From: Deltaproteobacteria bacterium
Lineage (GTDB): Bacteria > Desulfobacterota > Binatia > UBA12015
NCBI GenBank assembly: GCA_046583355.1
Contig: JAYGCM010000087.1
Location: 50,626-114,625 of the forward strand
DNA length: 64,000 nucleotides
Direction: 5' to 3'
Part shown: positions 1-9,277 of the stretch, one piece after another
How the letters are laid out: every line of letters begins with the position of its first letter
Position numbering within the stretch: the stretch's first letter is position 1
Translations under genes and position numbers: made by a program
The notes under the pieces: model-generated
Database searches by the model: none
Told to the model about the DNA's origin: nothing
The model's input: the letters and a program-made list of their open reading frames with translations, nothing else

Positions 1-1811
1 TTGAGCTCATCATAGGCATCGGCCAACTCCGAGGTCCGTTGCTGGACCTTGAGATCGAGGTCACGGTTGAGCGTCTCCAGGTCCTCATAGGAGCGCGCAT
101 TTTGCAGAGCGATGGCGGCCTGATGGCTGAGTGTTCGTAGCAGGTCGACTTCGGCCGAGGGTATCTCGCGCCCCGATCGTTTGGCGCCCAGCGCGAGCAG
201 GCCGATGCTCGCGCCGCGCACCATCAGGGGGAAAGCCACCCGCGCCTCGAGCGCCGCCAAGGCGTTGGCCGCCTCTGGTTCCTGCACTCGCAGCGCCGGC
301 AGAATCCGTTCGGTATCGGCCGTCTCGCTGGCTTCGCCGAGCCAATGCGCGGCTGCCAATAATCCGCTGCCGGCTGTGGCTTCGCGCAACTCGGCGTTGG
401 GTGCTTCGCGGCGCCATCGTTGGCCGCCCTGGTCGCCAGCAAGCACGAGTGTGGCCGAGGTGAGTTCCAGCGAGTCGGTTGCCAGGGTGGCGACGCTCGC
501 CGCGATTTCGCGGCGGTCGAGCAGGGTGGTCAGGCTCTCGCTTAGCGCGGAGATGGTATGGCTATGGTCGATAGTGCTGCGAAAGAAGGCACGGTCGATG
601 GCGACCTGGACCGCGCGGCGCAGCGGGTCGAAAAGAAAGGCCAGTAGAATGACGAACGCGCCGCCGATGAGCGCTTGGTCATCGCGCGTGGCGTTCGGCA
701 GGAGGCGACCGGGGACGAGAATCGCGAGCGCGTAGCCGGCCAGAAGGATTGCGCTGAGAACACCATAAACGAAGCTCTGGCGGACCACCCGGTCGATTCC
801 GAAGAGTTCGTGGCGGGTGATCGAATAGCCGAGGCTGCCATAGAAGATCAGGGTCGCGACCAAGGGAAGTTGCACTGGGAAATTGCCGCCCGACCAGGCG
901 TTGTTCAAGAAAGCGAAGAGCATCGCCGTCGTCCCCAGGACCAGACCCGGCAGGAGCGCCGCGATGCGTGCGCGGACCATTCGGTTGCGGTTCTCGACCC
1001 AGGCAGCGGCCATCGCCACGACAAAAAGGACGATGCTGATGGCGCTATAGACGTAGGCGATGCGCAGCGGGAAGAGGTCGGGTGGCTCGGCAAAATAGCC
1101 GCGCAAGGCAGCGGTCATCAATACCAGACTCAGCAGATAGGGCAGGACGCGGAGGATCCGCGTGCGCGCGCCAAAATGGCGCTCGACAGGAAAGACAAGA
1201 GCCAGGTGGATGAAGGTCGCCGGGAAGAGGCATTCCAATGCGAGGCAGAGGCCGGCCAGCAGCAGTGGTTCGCCCTGGTGCAGGAAGACGGCGGTCAGCG
1301 CATAAAGACCACCGACGGCGGCTTGCAGGCGGAAGACTCGCGCCTGATGGCTGGTCGGCTGGAGTGCGGCGACGATCAGGCCGACCAGGATCGAGATGAT
1401 GCCGAAGCCGGTCGTGATGCCCCAGGTCTGGAAATAATCAGTCAGAGTCCAGGTGCGCGAACCGATGGTCTTCTCGAAACGCGTGCCGTTTTTGCGGAAG
1501 ACGTAACGGAATTTGGTTCCGACCGGGGCAGCAATGACGCGCGCATAGACCTGCGCCCCCGAGGTGATGCTCTGGCCGTCCATCGCGACCACCTCGGCAT
1601 GGAAGAGGGCGTCTTTGTCGCGTGGCCAATCGACCCCGCTCACGCTGGGAATCACCGCATTGGGCCCGACGAAGAACCCTGGAAAGGGCTGGCCGAGCCA
1701 GCCGAGTCCGGTGGCGAGCGATAGGACGAGGATCGGCACGGCGACCAGGGCAAGCAGGAGGGAGGCGAGGTGGCGCCGGAGAAGGTGAGTGCGGCTTTCC
1801 TTGCTGTTCAT
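1..1811 (-). CDS. Membrane sensor (probable histidine kinase): N-terminal TM, periplasmic PDZ-like domain, multi-TM region, GAF domain and coiled coil; truncated by the window edge
   Basis: Translated by hand (not in the ORF track because it has no stop in the window). ATG at 1811: MNSKESRTHLLRRHLASLLLALVAVPILV...WLGQPFPGFFVG...EVVAMDGQSITS (PDZ-like), many hydrophobic helices, then LSHQAAIALQNARSYEDLETLNRDLDLKVQQRTSELADAYDEL (GAF end plus signalling helix). The kinase core would lie outside the window. Confidence 0.8.
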   Translation of the reverse strand, partial: MNSKESRTHLLRRHLASLLLALVAVPILVLSLATGLGWLGQPFPGFFVGPNAVIPSVSGVDWPRDKDALFHAEVVAMDGQSITSGAQVYARVIAAPVGTKFRYVFRKNGTRFEKTIGSRTWTLTDYFQTWGITTGFGIISILVGLIVAALQPTSHQARVFRLQAAVGGLYALTAVFLHQGEPLLLAGLCLALECLFPATFIHLALVFPVERHFGARTRILRVLPYLLSLVLMTAALRGYFAEPPDLFPLRIAYVYSAISIVLFVVAMAAAWVENRNRMVRARIAALLPGLVLGTTAMLFAFLNNAWSGGNFPVQLPLVATLIFYGSLGYSITRHELFGIDRVVRQSFVYGVLSAILLAGYALAILVPGRLLPNATRDDQALIGGAFVILLAFLFDPLRRAVQVAIDRAFFRSTIDHSHTISALSESLTTLLDRREIAASVATLATDSLELTSATLVLAGDQGGQRWRREAPNAELREATAGSGLLAAAHWLGEASETADTERILPALRVQEPEAANALAALEARVAFPLMVRGASIGLLALGAKRSGREIPSAEVDLLRTLSHQAAIALQNARSYEDLETLNRDLDLKVQQRTSELADAYDEL

Positions 1812-1823
1812 GGGAGATTCCGA

Positions 1824-1852
1824 TTGAGGGTGGTGAGCGTCGAGGATATAAT
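1824..1852 (+). promoter_or_regulatory. Sigma-70-type promoter for the response regulator
   Basis: TTGAGG-N17-TATAAT, 54 nt upstream of the ATG at 1907. Confidence 0.55.
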
Positions 1853-1906
1853 GCAGGCCTCGCGCGCTCGCGGAGATTGCCCTAGAAGAGTATTGGGCCG
1901 TATCGC

Positions 1907-3346
1907 ATGGAAACCACCGACGCCAAACCCACGGTCCTCATCGTTGATGATGAGAAGGCCAGCACCGACCTGCTGCGGATCGGCTTGTCGCACCTCTACC
2001 CGGTGCTGACGGCCAACGATGGCGCGACCGCACTTTCTGTTTTGGCTGCACACCCCGAGATCACGGTGGCGATCATCGACCAGCGTATGCCCGGCATGAC
2101 AGGCGCCGAGCTGATTGCCGCTACTGCCGAGCCCTATCCGGACCTGATCCGGGTGATTCTCACCGGCTATACGGACCTCGAGAGTCTGATCTCCTCGATC
2201 AATGCGGGTAGCGTCTACCGTTATATCACCAAGCCCTGGAACGCCGATGAGCTCCGTGGCGTGGTCGCGGCCGGTATGGAATTGCACGCGATCCGTGCCG
2301 AGAACGCCGGCTTGACCAAGCAGCTGCGCGCGGTCAATGCCGACCTCCGCGATCAGAATGTCGAGCTGCGACGTGAGGCGCAGGGGCGCTGGCGCTTCGA
2401 CGGCATCCTTGGCTCGAGCCCCGCTTTGGCGAAGACGCTCGCGCTGGTCGAGAAGGTCATCCGGACGGACGATAGCGTGCTGGTGCAGGGGCCGACCGGG
2501 TCGGGCAAAGAATTGGTGGCGCGAGCGATTCATTATAATGGTCGGCGCGCAGACGGCCCCTTTGTCTCGGAGAATTGTGGGGCGCTCTCGCCCGAGCTGC
2601 TCGCGAGCGAACTTTTCGGCCATCGCAAGGGGGCTTTTACCGGCGCGACTGCAGACCGCAAGGGACTCTTCCAGACGGCGCATGGCGGCACGCTCTTTCT
2701 CGATGAGATCGGCGAGTGCCCGCCGGATCTGCAGGTCAAGCTTCTGCGCGTCCTCGATCAGGGGGAGATCCGGCCGATCGGCGACGACACACCGATCAAG
2801 GTCGATGTACGCATCGTCGCGGCGACCCACCGCGACCTCGAGGAAGAAATCGCGGCCGGAAATTTTCGCGCCGACCTCTACTACCGTCTGGCGGTCTTCA
2901 TTGTGCCGGTCCCCTCGTTGGCCGAGCGTCGCGAGGATATCGCACTTCTGGCCGAGCATTTTCTGGCCGCTGCGGCGGCCGAGAACGGCCGCGATCTGCC
3001 CGGTTTCACTGCTGAGGCGCTTGCGCTCCTGGCCGCCTACTCGTTTCCCGGCAATATCCGCGAGTTGCAAAACGAGGTGCGGCGCGCGAGTGCCCTGGCC
3101 GAAGATGGTTGTTTCGTTACGCACGATCTTCTCTCGGAGCGGGTGCAAGGATCGCGCCCGGCCGTTGGCAGCGAACTCGCCGCGGCGTCCGATGGCACGC
3201 TCAAGGGCGCCATGGAGCAATTCGAGTCCGGCCTTTTGCGTGATGCGCTGGCGCGAAACGAAGGAAATCAGACGAAAACGGCGGCGGACCTTGGTGTGTC
3301 GCGCCGGACTCTGGTCGAACGTATCCAGCGCTACGGCCTGCGCTGA
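1907..3346 (+). CDS. Sigma-54-dependent response regulator (NtrC/HupR-like receiver, AAA+, Fis HTH)
   Basis: Receiver (VLIVDDE, IIDQRMP, YITKPW), Walker A GPTGSGKE, intact [15 protein letters not shown]-terminal [19 protein letters not shown]. Confidence 0.95.
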   Translation: METTDAKPTVLIVDDEKASTDLLRIGLSHLYPVLTANDGATALSVLAAHPEITVAIIDQRMPGMTGAELIAATAEPYPDLIRVILTGYTDLESLISSINAGSVYRYITKPWNADELRGVVAAGMELHAIRAENAGLTKQLRAVNADLRDQNVELRREAQGRWRFDGILGSSPALAKTLALVEKVIRTDDSVLVQGPTGSGKELVARAIHYNGRRADGPFVSENCGALSPELLASELFGHRKGAFTGATADRKGLFQTAHGGTLFLDEIGECPPDLQVKLLRVLDQGEIRPIGDDTPIKVDVRIVAATHRDLEEEIAAGNFRADLYYRLAVFIVPVPSLAERREDIALLAEHFLAAAAAENGRDLPGFTAEALALLAAYSFPGNIRELQNEVRRASALAEDGCFVTHDLLSERVQGSRPAVGSELAAASDGTLKGAMEQFESGLLRDALARNEGNQTKTAADLGVSRRTLVERIQRYGLR

Positions 3347-3370
3347 GCGCCGCCCCTATAGAGTCCGGAG

Positions 3371-3408
3371 TGCGCGAAGATCTGCGCAATTCCCGTTCGG
3401 ATTGCGCA
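3371..3408. promoter_or_regulatory. Candidate upstream activator (enhancer) sites for a sigma-54 activator
   Basis: Overlapping inverted repeats TGCGC-N8-GCGCA (3371-3388) and TGCGCAAT-N10-ATTGCGCA (3383-3408), about 80-115 nt upstream of the predicted sigma-54 start site. Confidence 0.5.
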
Positions 3409-3458
3409 ACTCCCCGCGCTCCCGCGCATGCCGGGCCTCGGATTCACGGCTCTTTTCG

Positions 3459-3475
3459 CTGGCACGGCGCATGCG
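3459..3475 (+). promoter_or_regulatory. Sigma-54 (-24/-12) promoter
   Basis: CTGGCACGGCGCATGCG: GG at 3461-62 and GC at 3473-74 with exact 10-nt spacing; matches the TGGCACG-N4-TTGC consensus except at one base; lies directly downstream of a bEBP gene. Confidence 0.75.
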
Positions 3476-3519
3476 ATGCCTCTACGTGGGACAGAACCCC
3501 CGCAGCAAGGGAGAATCCG

Positions 3520-3726
3520 ATGCCATCTACTCAGAACCCAACACCGATCCTGCCGTCGCCGCTCTGCGTCTTTCCGTTGAGTGACCAGCCCTCCGATTGC
3601 GCGAGCCGCCGCTTCCTGCCGCGCTGCCTGGTGCACAAAGTCATCTTGACCAAGAACGAAAGTGCTGCTGAGATGGCGCCACTCCCGCGGCCTTTGCGCA
3701 CGCGGCGCCTATTGCGCGTTTCCTGA
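3520..3726 (+). CDS. Small 68-aa protein/peptide of unknown function, first gene after the sigma-54 promoter
   Basis: SD AAGGGAG (3507-3513) then ATG 3520: MPSTQNPTPILPSPLCVFPLSDQPSDCASRRFLPRCLVHKVILTKNESAAEMAPLPRPLRTRRLLRVS; the stop is 2 nt before the next ATG. Confidence 0.55.
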   Translation: MPSTQNPTPILPSPLCVFPLSDQPSDCASRRFLPRCLVHKVILTKNESAAEMAPLPRPLRTRRLLRVS

Positions 3727-3728
3727 TC

Positions 3729-6700
3729 ATGATCACCCAACCGACATATACCCTTGCGGGCCTTTTTCTTTGCGCCGCCATGCTCCTTGCCGGCGGCGCA
3801 CAGGCCTCCTGCGACCTTTTTCCGGGCGTCGAGAGAACTTATGACGGCGCGCTGGGCTCGGCCAACCGTCCCTGGGCGGCACCGGGGGAGAGCCTGGAGC
3901 TGCGCCATCGCAGCTGCGATGCCCAGGGCGCGGTACCGGCACCCTTGGGTTCTGCGAATGTCGTGACCATCGCCTACCTTGAGCCGGGCGCCACCGGTGC
4001 TTCGCTGGTCGTCCTCACCGACTCTTGCGATGCGGCATTTGCGGCCGAGGTGGCGAGTTGTACCGCAAGCAAGGGCGTGGCGGCGGCGCTTTGCGCCGAG
4101 ACTGATAGCCTGATGAATGCCGGCGCGAGTAGCCTGCGTTTCGCCTTTCCCGACGCCGTCGCGCTTTTCGGTGGGGCCGGGCTCGCGGGCGCCACACGGA
4201 TTGCCGTGACCCGGCGCGGCGACGCCGTGCCCTGTGATCTCGCGCGGCGTAGTTGTGACGAGATCGCCGGTGTCGATATCTGCGTCGGTGCTTTGTTCGC
4301 GGACGCGGGGGCCTGCGATACGGGTACGCCGGCCTCGCTCTTCACGCATTTTACCGCTCTGCCGCGCCCCAACGAGTTCAGCGCGGCCTGCTTCCGCGAC
4401 GAGGGACTTTGTGCGGCAACCGAGAATGAGCTCCGCTTCGTCGCCGACCAGGGCGGTAACCTGTTCTTGCCGGTTGATTGGAGCGGTGTCCTCGCCGAGC
4501 AGGATGATTTCCCCATTCCGCGCCTGGTCCGGGCCACGATCGACTCGCCGATTCCTTTCCGGATTCCCGACGAAGTCTTTGTGGCTTCCTTCACCTCTGA
4601 TGGTGGCCGATTGCCGCCGATTTTCACACCACTCTTCGAGCCCAGCGCGACCGGCGACCCGGATAAGGTCGTCTTCTTCGGCTCGGCCGACGCGCCGTAT
4701 ACGATTCTGCGCTTCGCACACCGTCACGGTACCTGTCAGGGCGGCACGGAAGATGGCGAACTTTGTGAGGATGAAAGCACCTGCTCGGGTAGCGGCGCGG
4801 TCTGTGAGTTGGCTTGTGTGGACAACGCAGCCGAGCTCTGTCGCCGGGATTCCGATTGCTTGACAGGCGCCTGCGGCGCGCTTTTCGATGCCTCACTCTT
4901 CCTCCAGGCGACGGCGCCCTTCGCGCTGCCGCGTCCGGGGCCGGGGGTCTGCCAGTTGCCGCCGCATGATGCGTGCACGCTCGACGCCGATTGCCCGGCG
5001 AGCGGCGATGCCTGCGTTTTCTGGGCTTTGGAGGCCGGCGACGCCGTACCGCTGGACGGCATCTTGGAGACCGACGAACTCTGGGCGTTCACCTTTGATG
5101 AGTCCATCGACGCGACCGATCGCAATGGCGACGGAGATACGGAGGATACGGTCGTCACGATACGTTCGCGTGCCACCGCAGCCGTGACCGAGCTGGATCT
5201 TCCGGCGGCTTGTGGCGTCGGCCAGGCGGAGGGGCGCACGACGATGCGATTGCTGATCGGAGATTTTGATTTTCCTGCCGTCGCCGCGGAGGGCGAGCGC
5301 ATCGCTTTTCTTGAGCCGGAAACCGATTTTGCCAGCGGCTGCGATATCGATTCGGACGGGACTCCCGCCGGCATCGCTTTGAGCACGACCGCATTGGCGG
5401 ATGCAGGCCGGGTCTTCTCGGCCGGTGCCTCGGTGGACCCGGCTCTGCAGGTTGATGGCGGCGCTTTCGCGCTCTCGGGCGGCTATGCCTTCGCCCGCTT
5501 CGGTGCGATCGGTGGCGGGGCTGCCACGATCGGTGTGCTGGAGGGCAACGGTGCTTTCGCGACTTTCTGCCGTGCCGATGCCGTCGCGACCGCCGATGGC
5601 GTGGCCGCCTTCCTGCGGCCCGAGTCGGCTGTTGCGGGCAACGTGGCGTGCCCGGCTGGGCCGCTCAATGGCGACGGCGACGCAAGCGATACGGTCGTCC
5701 ATTTGCTGGCCCGCGCCAGCCACGATGGTTCCTGGACCGTGCAGAACCTCGGCCTGGCGGCCACGGCGGTCGACCTCTCAAGGGGTTGGGTAGCCGCGCT
5801 TGTGCCGGAGAGCGGCGAGCCCGGCTCCGGCAACGGCGATGGCGACAGCGACGACTCGGTGGTTTATTTGCGCGAGCGTTCGGCCGGCGCTTCCTGGCAG
5901 AATGTCGGCCTCGCCGCCGATCGTCTTCTGCTTGTGGGCGATGTGGTGGCCTTCCGAGTTCCCGAAGCCGATCAGGCGGGTACCGATCTGAACCAAGATG
6001 GCGACGCTCTGGATCGAGTATTGCACGCGATGGTGGCCGGGCGGCCGCCGGCAAACGCGCTTGCCCCGGCGGTCGATTTCGTCCTCGGTACCGAGGCCGT
6101 GATGTGCGCCGGCAGTGACCGCATCGTACAACCCCTCGCGTTTACGACCAAGGCCGATATGAACGATGACGGCTTGGCCGACGAGGTCGAATTGCAGATC
6201 TTCAACGCCGCGACCGATGCGAATGGTTTTCTTGAGACCATGGTCGTGCGCACTGGCGCGGCCGTGCATGCTTGTGATTCTTACGCTTGCGACCCGCGCG
6301 AGCCCTTCCATGTGCAGGGTCATGAGATCCGCTTTCTCACCAACGAGGCTGACCAAGGCGTGGATCTGGACGGCGATGGCACGGCCGATGATATTGTCCT
6401 GCAAATTTTTGATAGCTGCGCTTCCCGCACGCGGACGGTGGGTGCCTTCGACGAGGAACTCCTAGGTGCGCGGAATCCGCTGGCGGCGCGGCCCTCGATT
6501 GTCTCGGGCGAAGTCCTGGTGCAGCAGGCCGGCCGCTGTGTCGAGCCATGGCCCGTCTGCTCGTTCGGGCAGGAATGCCGGTGTCCGAAAGGTACCCTGC
6601 CGGCCGCAGGTGTGGTCGCGGGTAGCCCCGTCTGCGTGCATGTGGCGCCTGCGAGTTGCGACGAGGCGGCCGATTGCGGCAAGGCGGCTTCAGGCTTGGT

Positions 6701-7517
6701 GACCTGTGAAATGCGTCGCGTGGCGATTGCGGTGCAGACGGCCGATGACGACGGGGATGGCATCATCGACTCGAGGGATGATTGTGATGCCGACGGACTC
6801 GTGGGTGAATGCGTTGATGGCCTGCTCTGCCGCAAGGCGAAGGAGCGCAAGCGCCAAAGCGGTATTGATGAGCTGCGCGTGGTGGATGCCTTGGGCACAC
6901 ATATGGTCACACCGCGCTCGGTCGAGGTGGCCTGCCGCGCTACCGGACTCAGCGGTGCGGCGGTCAATGAGGCCGATCGTTTGGTCAGTCGCTGGCGGAT
7001 CCACACCGAGAGTTTCACGAAGATCGGCGGGGTGCGCGCCAAGGATCGTTTCGGTTTGCATGAGTTGGTCATTCGCCGCCCCTCGAGTCTTTTGCTGCCC
7101 GCAAACGAAGGTGCGGAGGCACCGGGCGTGCTGAATCGCGGCTACCAATGTTACGATGTTCGCGAGGCCCGCCCGCAGGTGAAATCGCGCAAGTTGACGC
7201 TTGCCGGCAGCGGGGAATCGGCCGCGACGCGCGCGCGCTATACGCTGAGCAGGCTCAAACGGCTCTGCCTTGTGGCAGGCGTCGGCCCTGCGGCCACGGT
7301 GCCCGACGGAACGTCATGGCTGTGCTACCGCGCCAAGCCGCAGGTCCGCCGCGCCGCGCGTCCCTGGACGGATGGAGCGACCGGAATGACCGACCTCCTT
7401 GGCGAGCATATCGTGAAGCTGGGTAGCGAGCGCGAAGTCTGCGTACGCGCGAAGATCAGCCTGGCCTCCCTCGGCGCCGGCCGCTCTCTGTTGACTTCGC
7501 GCCCGGACTGGCGCTAG
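3729..7517 (+). CDS. Large secreted Cys-rich protein with repeated Ca-binding DxxxDGD motifs
   Basis: Signal peptide (..AAMLLAGGAQA); CxxDxDC repeats; six (D/N)xDG(D/L/T)xxDxV-type motifs; a TSP3-like DDDGDGIIDSRDDC; basic C-terminal domain with CY motifs. Confidence 0.85.
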   Translation: MITQPTYTLAGLFLCAAMLLAGGAQASCDLFPGVERTYDGALGSANRPWAAPGESLELRHRSCDAQGAVPAPLGSANVVTIAYLEPGATGASLVVLTDSCDAAFAAEVASCTASKGVAAALCAETDSLMNAGASSLRFAFPDAVALFGGAGLAGATRIAVTRRGDAVPCDLARRSCDEIAGVDICVGALFADAGACDTGTPASLFTHFTALPRPNEFSAACFRDEGLCAATENELRFVADQGGNLFLPVDWSGVLAEQDDFPIPRLVRATIDSPIPFRIPDEVFVASFTSDGGRLPPIFTPLFEPSATGDPDKVVFFGSADAPYTILRFAHRHGTCQGGTEDGELCEDESTCSGSGAVCELACVDNAAELCRRDSDCLTGACGALFDASLFLQATAPFALPRPGPGVCQLPPHDACTLDADCPASGDACVFWALEAGDAVPLDGILETDELWAFTFDESIDATDRNGDGDTEDTVVTIRSRATAAVTELDLPAACGVGQAEGRTTMRLLIGDFDFPAVAAEGERIAFLEPETDFASGCDIDSDGTPAGIALSTTALADAGRVFSAGASVDPALQVDGGAFALSGGYAFARFGAIGGGAATIGVLEGNGAFATFCRADAVATADGVAAFLRPESAVAGNVACPAGPLNGDGDASDTVVHLLARASHDGSWTVQNLGLAATAVDLSRGWVAALVPESGEPGSGNGDGDSDDSVVYLRERSAGASWQNVGLAADRLLLVGDVVAFRVPEADQAGTDLNQDGDALDRVLHAMVAGRPPANALAPAVDFVLGTEAVMCAGSDRIVQPLAFTTKADMNDDGLADEVELQIFNAATDANGFLETMVVRTGAAVHACDSYACDPREPFHVQGHEIRFLTNEADQGVDLDGDGTADDIVLQIFDSCASRTRTVGAFDEELLGARNPLAARPSIVSGEVLVQQAGRCVEPWPVCSFGQECRCPKGTLPAAGVVAGSPVCVHVAPASCDEAADCGKAASGLVTCEMRRVAIAVQTADDDGDGIIDSRDDCDADGLVGECVDGLLCRKAKERKRQSGIDELRVVDALGTHMVTPRSVEVACRATGLSGAAVNEADRLVSRWRIHTESFTKIGGVRAKDRFGLHELVIRRPSSLLLPANEGAEAPGVLNRGYQCYDVREARPQVKSRKLTLAGSGESAATRARYTLSRLKRLCLVAGVGPAATVPDGTSWLCYRAKPQVRRAARPWTDGATGMTDLLGEHIVKLGSEREVCVRAKISLASLGAGRSLLTSRPDWR

Positions 7518-7584
7518 ATTTGGCTGGTCAGCCCCCATTGTGGCGCATTCCTGCGCCTAGCTGTCGGGGCAGAGGGACCGGCTC

Positions 7585-9267
7585 ATGCAGCATCGAAATT
7601 CGTTCGTCTGGCTACTTTCTCTTTTCCTCACCACGCTGATGGCGTGCGGCGGAAGCGATGCGCCTTTGGCGGTCGATCCGAACTCGACCGCCGGGACCTG
7701 CGACGATGATTTCGAGAGCACCTTCGAAGCCATCCAAACCGTGCTCTTTGTGAACCAGGGTTGCACGGTGTCGGCCTGCCACGGCAGCGCTGCCGTCGGC
7801 GGTCTGGACCTGCGAGCCGATGCTGCCTACGCAGCCTTGCTCGCCGACTCGCAAGGCAGTGATCTGGCCCGCGTCGAGCCGACCAAGGTCAATAAGAGCT
7901 TTCTCTTCCATAAGCTCGCTGCCGCGGCGGCACCTGAGTTCCTGACCGAGCCGATTGCCGGCAGCGCCATGCCGATCGGCGGCGCGATCACGACGGACCA
8001 ATTGGAGGCGCTTCGTCTCTGGATCGAGGTCGGGGCTCCCGAGACGGGTGTTGTCGGCGATGAATTCGGCGGCACCCGGATTGCCGATCTTCTCGGCACC
8101 TGCCTGCCGCCGCCGGTGCCGGTAGAGCTCGAGCCTCTGCCAGCGCCTGCGCCGGACGCCGGAATTCAGATGGTGCTGCCGCCGCATGCGGTCAAGGCCG
8201 GTGCTGAGCTCGAGATTTGCTATGGCGAATATTACGATTTCCGTCCTCAGATTCCCGACGAGTTCGAGACCGAAGACGGAAACTGGTTCTACGTAAACGG
8301 CCAGGCGGGGCGTGCTGACCCCAATACCCATCATCTCACATTGAGCTTCTCGGGCTTTCGCGCCGACCGGGTCGCCGCACCGGAATATGGCACCTGGATT
8401 TGCGGTGGCGGTGCGATGCATGGCGAAGAATGCGACCCCTTGATCGCGGATTTCTGCGGCGAGGGCCGCTGCCATAGTCAGATTTCTCCCGCGGTTGCTT
8501 GCATCGGCTACGGCCCCCCCGGCGGCGGCGACGGCGCGAACCCGAACAGTCGCGTGAATGCCAGTAACGGCCGTGACGGATTCTTCGCCAAATTCCCTTC
8601 ACACGGAATTTTCTATTGGAACTCGCATGCCTTCAACCTCTCCTCGCAGGATCTGATGCACCGCAGCTGGCACAATTACTACTTTACGAACGATCTGCGT
8701 TTCGAAGAAGTGGGTTTCCAGGATACCAGCTCCATCTTTATTGCGAATGGCACGCCGGCCTTTACCCGCCAGGAGTATTGCGCGGATTATGTATTGCCGC
8801 GGGGCACGAAGCTCCTCGCGCTCGTCTCGCATACGCATAAGCGTGGTGAGCGCTTCACGATGGAGATCGAAAGCACGGGCGAACAGGTCTACGACAATCC
8901 CTTCTGGGATGATCCGACGGTCACAAGGTACGACCCGGCCCGGCTTTTCGATTCCGAGGACCCCGCCGATCGTACGATTCATTATTGTGCTGTCTACAAT
9001 AATGGAGTGAAGCCCGACGGTTCCTTCGATGTGGATCTGGTGAAGCGCTGTTCGCGTGCGCCGGAACGCTCGGCTTGCAGGGCGACGCATTGCGCCGAAG
9101 GGTTGGTCGGGGAGACTTGCGGCGGCGTCGGCGATGACGCGAGTTGCGATACCTCACCGGGCGCCGGCGACGGCTTCTGCGATGCGGGGTCGATCACCGG
9201 AGGACTGACCAGCGATGACGAGATGTTCATCGCGCTGGGCACTCAGTTGATCGAGGCTGAAGAGTGA
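7585..9267 (+). CDS. Lipoprotein with an N-terminal cytochrome c-like domain and a copper type II (PHM/DBH-like) monooxygenase domain
   Basis: Lipobox LMAC; CTVSACHG...GGLDL...AMPIG...LRLWIEVGA (c-type heme domain); THHLT, NSHAF, SHTHKRG and SDDEMF match the CuH/CuM ligands of type II Cu monooxygenases. Confidence 0.75.
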   Translation: MQHRNSFVWLLSLFLTTLMACGGSDAPLAVDPNSTAGTCDDDFESTFEAIQTVLFVNQGCTVSACHGSAAVGGLDLRADAAYAALLADSQGSDLARVEPTKVNKSFLFHKLAAAAAPEFLTEPIAGSAMPIGGAITTDQLEALRLWIEVGAPETGVVGDEFGGTRIADLLGTCLPPPVPVELEPLPAPAPDAGIQMVLPPHAVKAGAELEICYGEYYDFRPQIPDEFETEDGNWFYVNGQAGRADPNTHHLTLSFSGFRADRVAAPEYGTWICGGGAMHGEECDPLIADFCGEGRCHSQISPAVACIGYGPPGGGDGANPNSRVNASNGRDGFFAKFPSHGIFYWNSHAFNLSSQDLMHRSWHNYYFTNDLRFEEVGFQDTSSIFIANGTPAFTRQEYCADYVLPRGTKLLALVSHTHKRGERFTMEIESTGEQVYDNPFWDDPTVTRYDPARLFDSEDPADRTIHYCAVYNNGVKPDGSFDVDLVKRCSRAPERSACRATHCAEGLVGETCGGVGDDASCDTSPGAGDGFCDAGSITGGLTSDDEMFIALGTQLIEAEE

Positions 9268-9277
9268 CGCGCGCTTC

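Noticed and set aside
675..3584. Long alternative ORFs 675..1724 +, 1808..3220 - and 2337..3584 +
   Set aside because: Antisense or off-frame shadows of the sensor and response regulator genes; no motifs; expected in high-GC DNA
7541..7554. TGGCGCATTCCTGC as a second sigma-54 promoter
   Set aside because: GG-to-GC spacing is 9 nt rather than the obligatory 10
3520..9267. Idea that the PHM-like enzyme amidates the 68-aa peptide (RiPP-like system)
   Set aside because: The peptide contains no Gly at all (it ends LLRVS), and no protease or transporter is adjacent; unsupported
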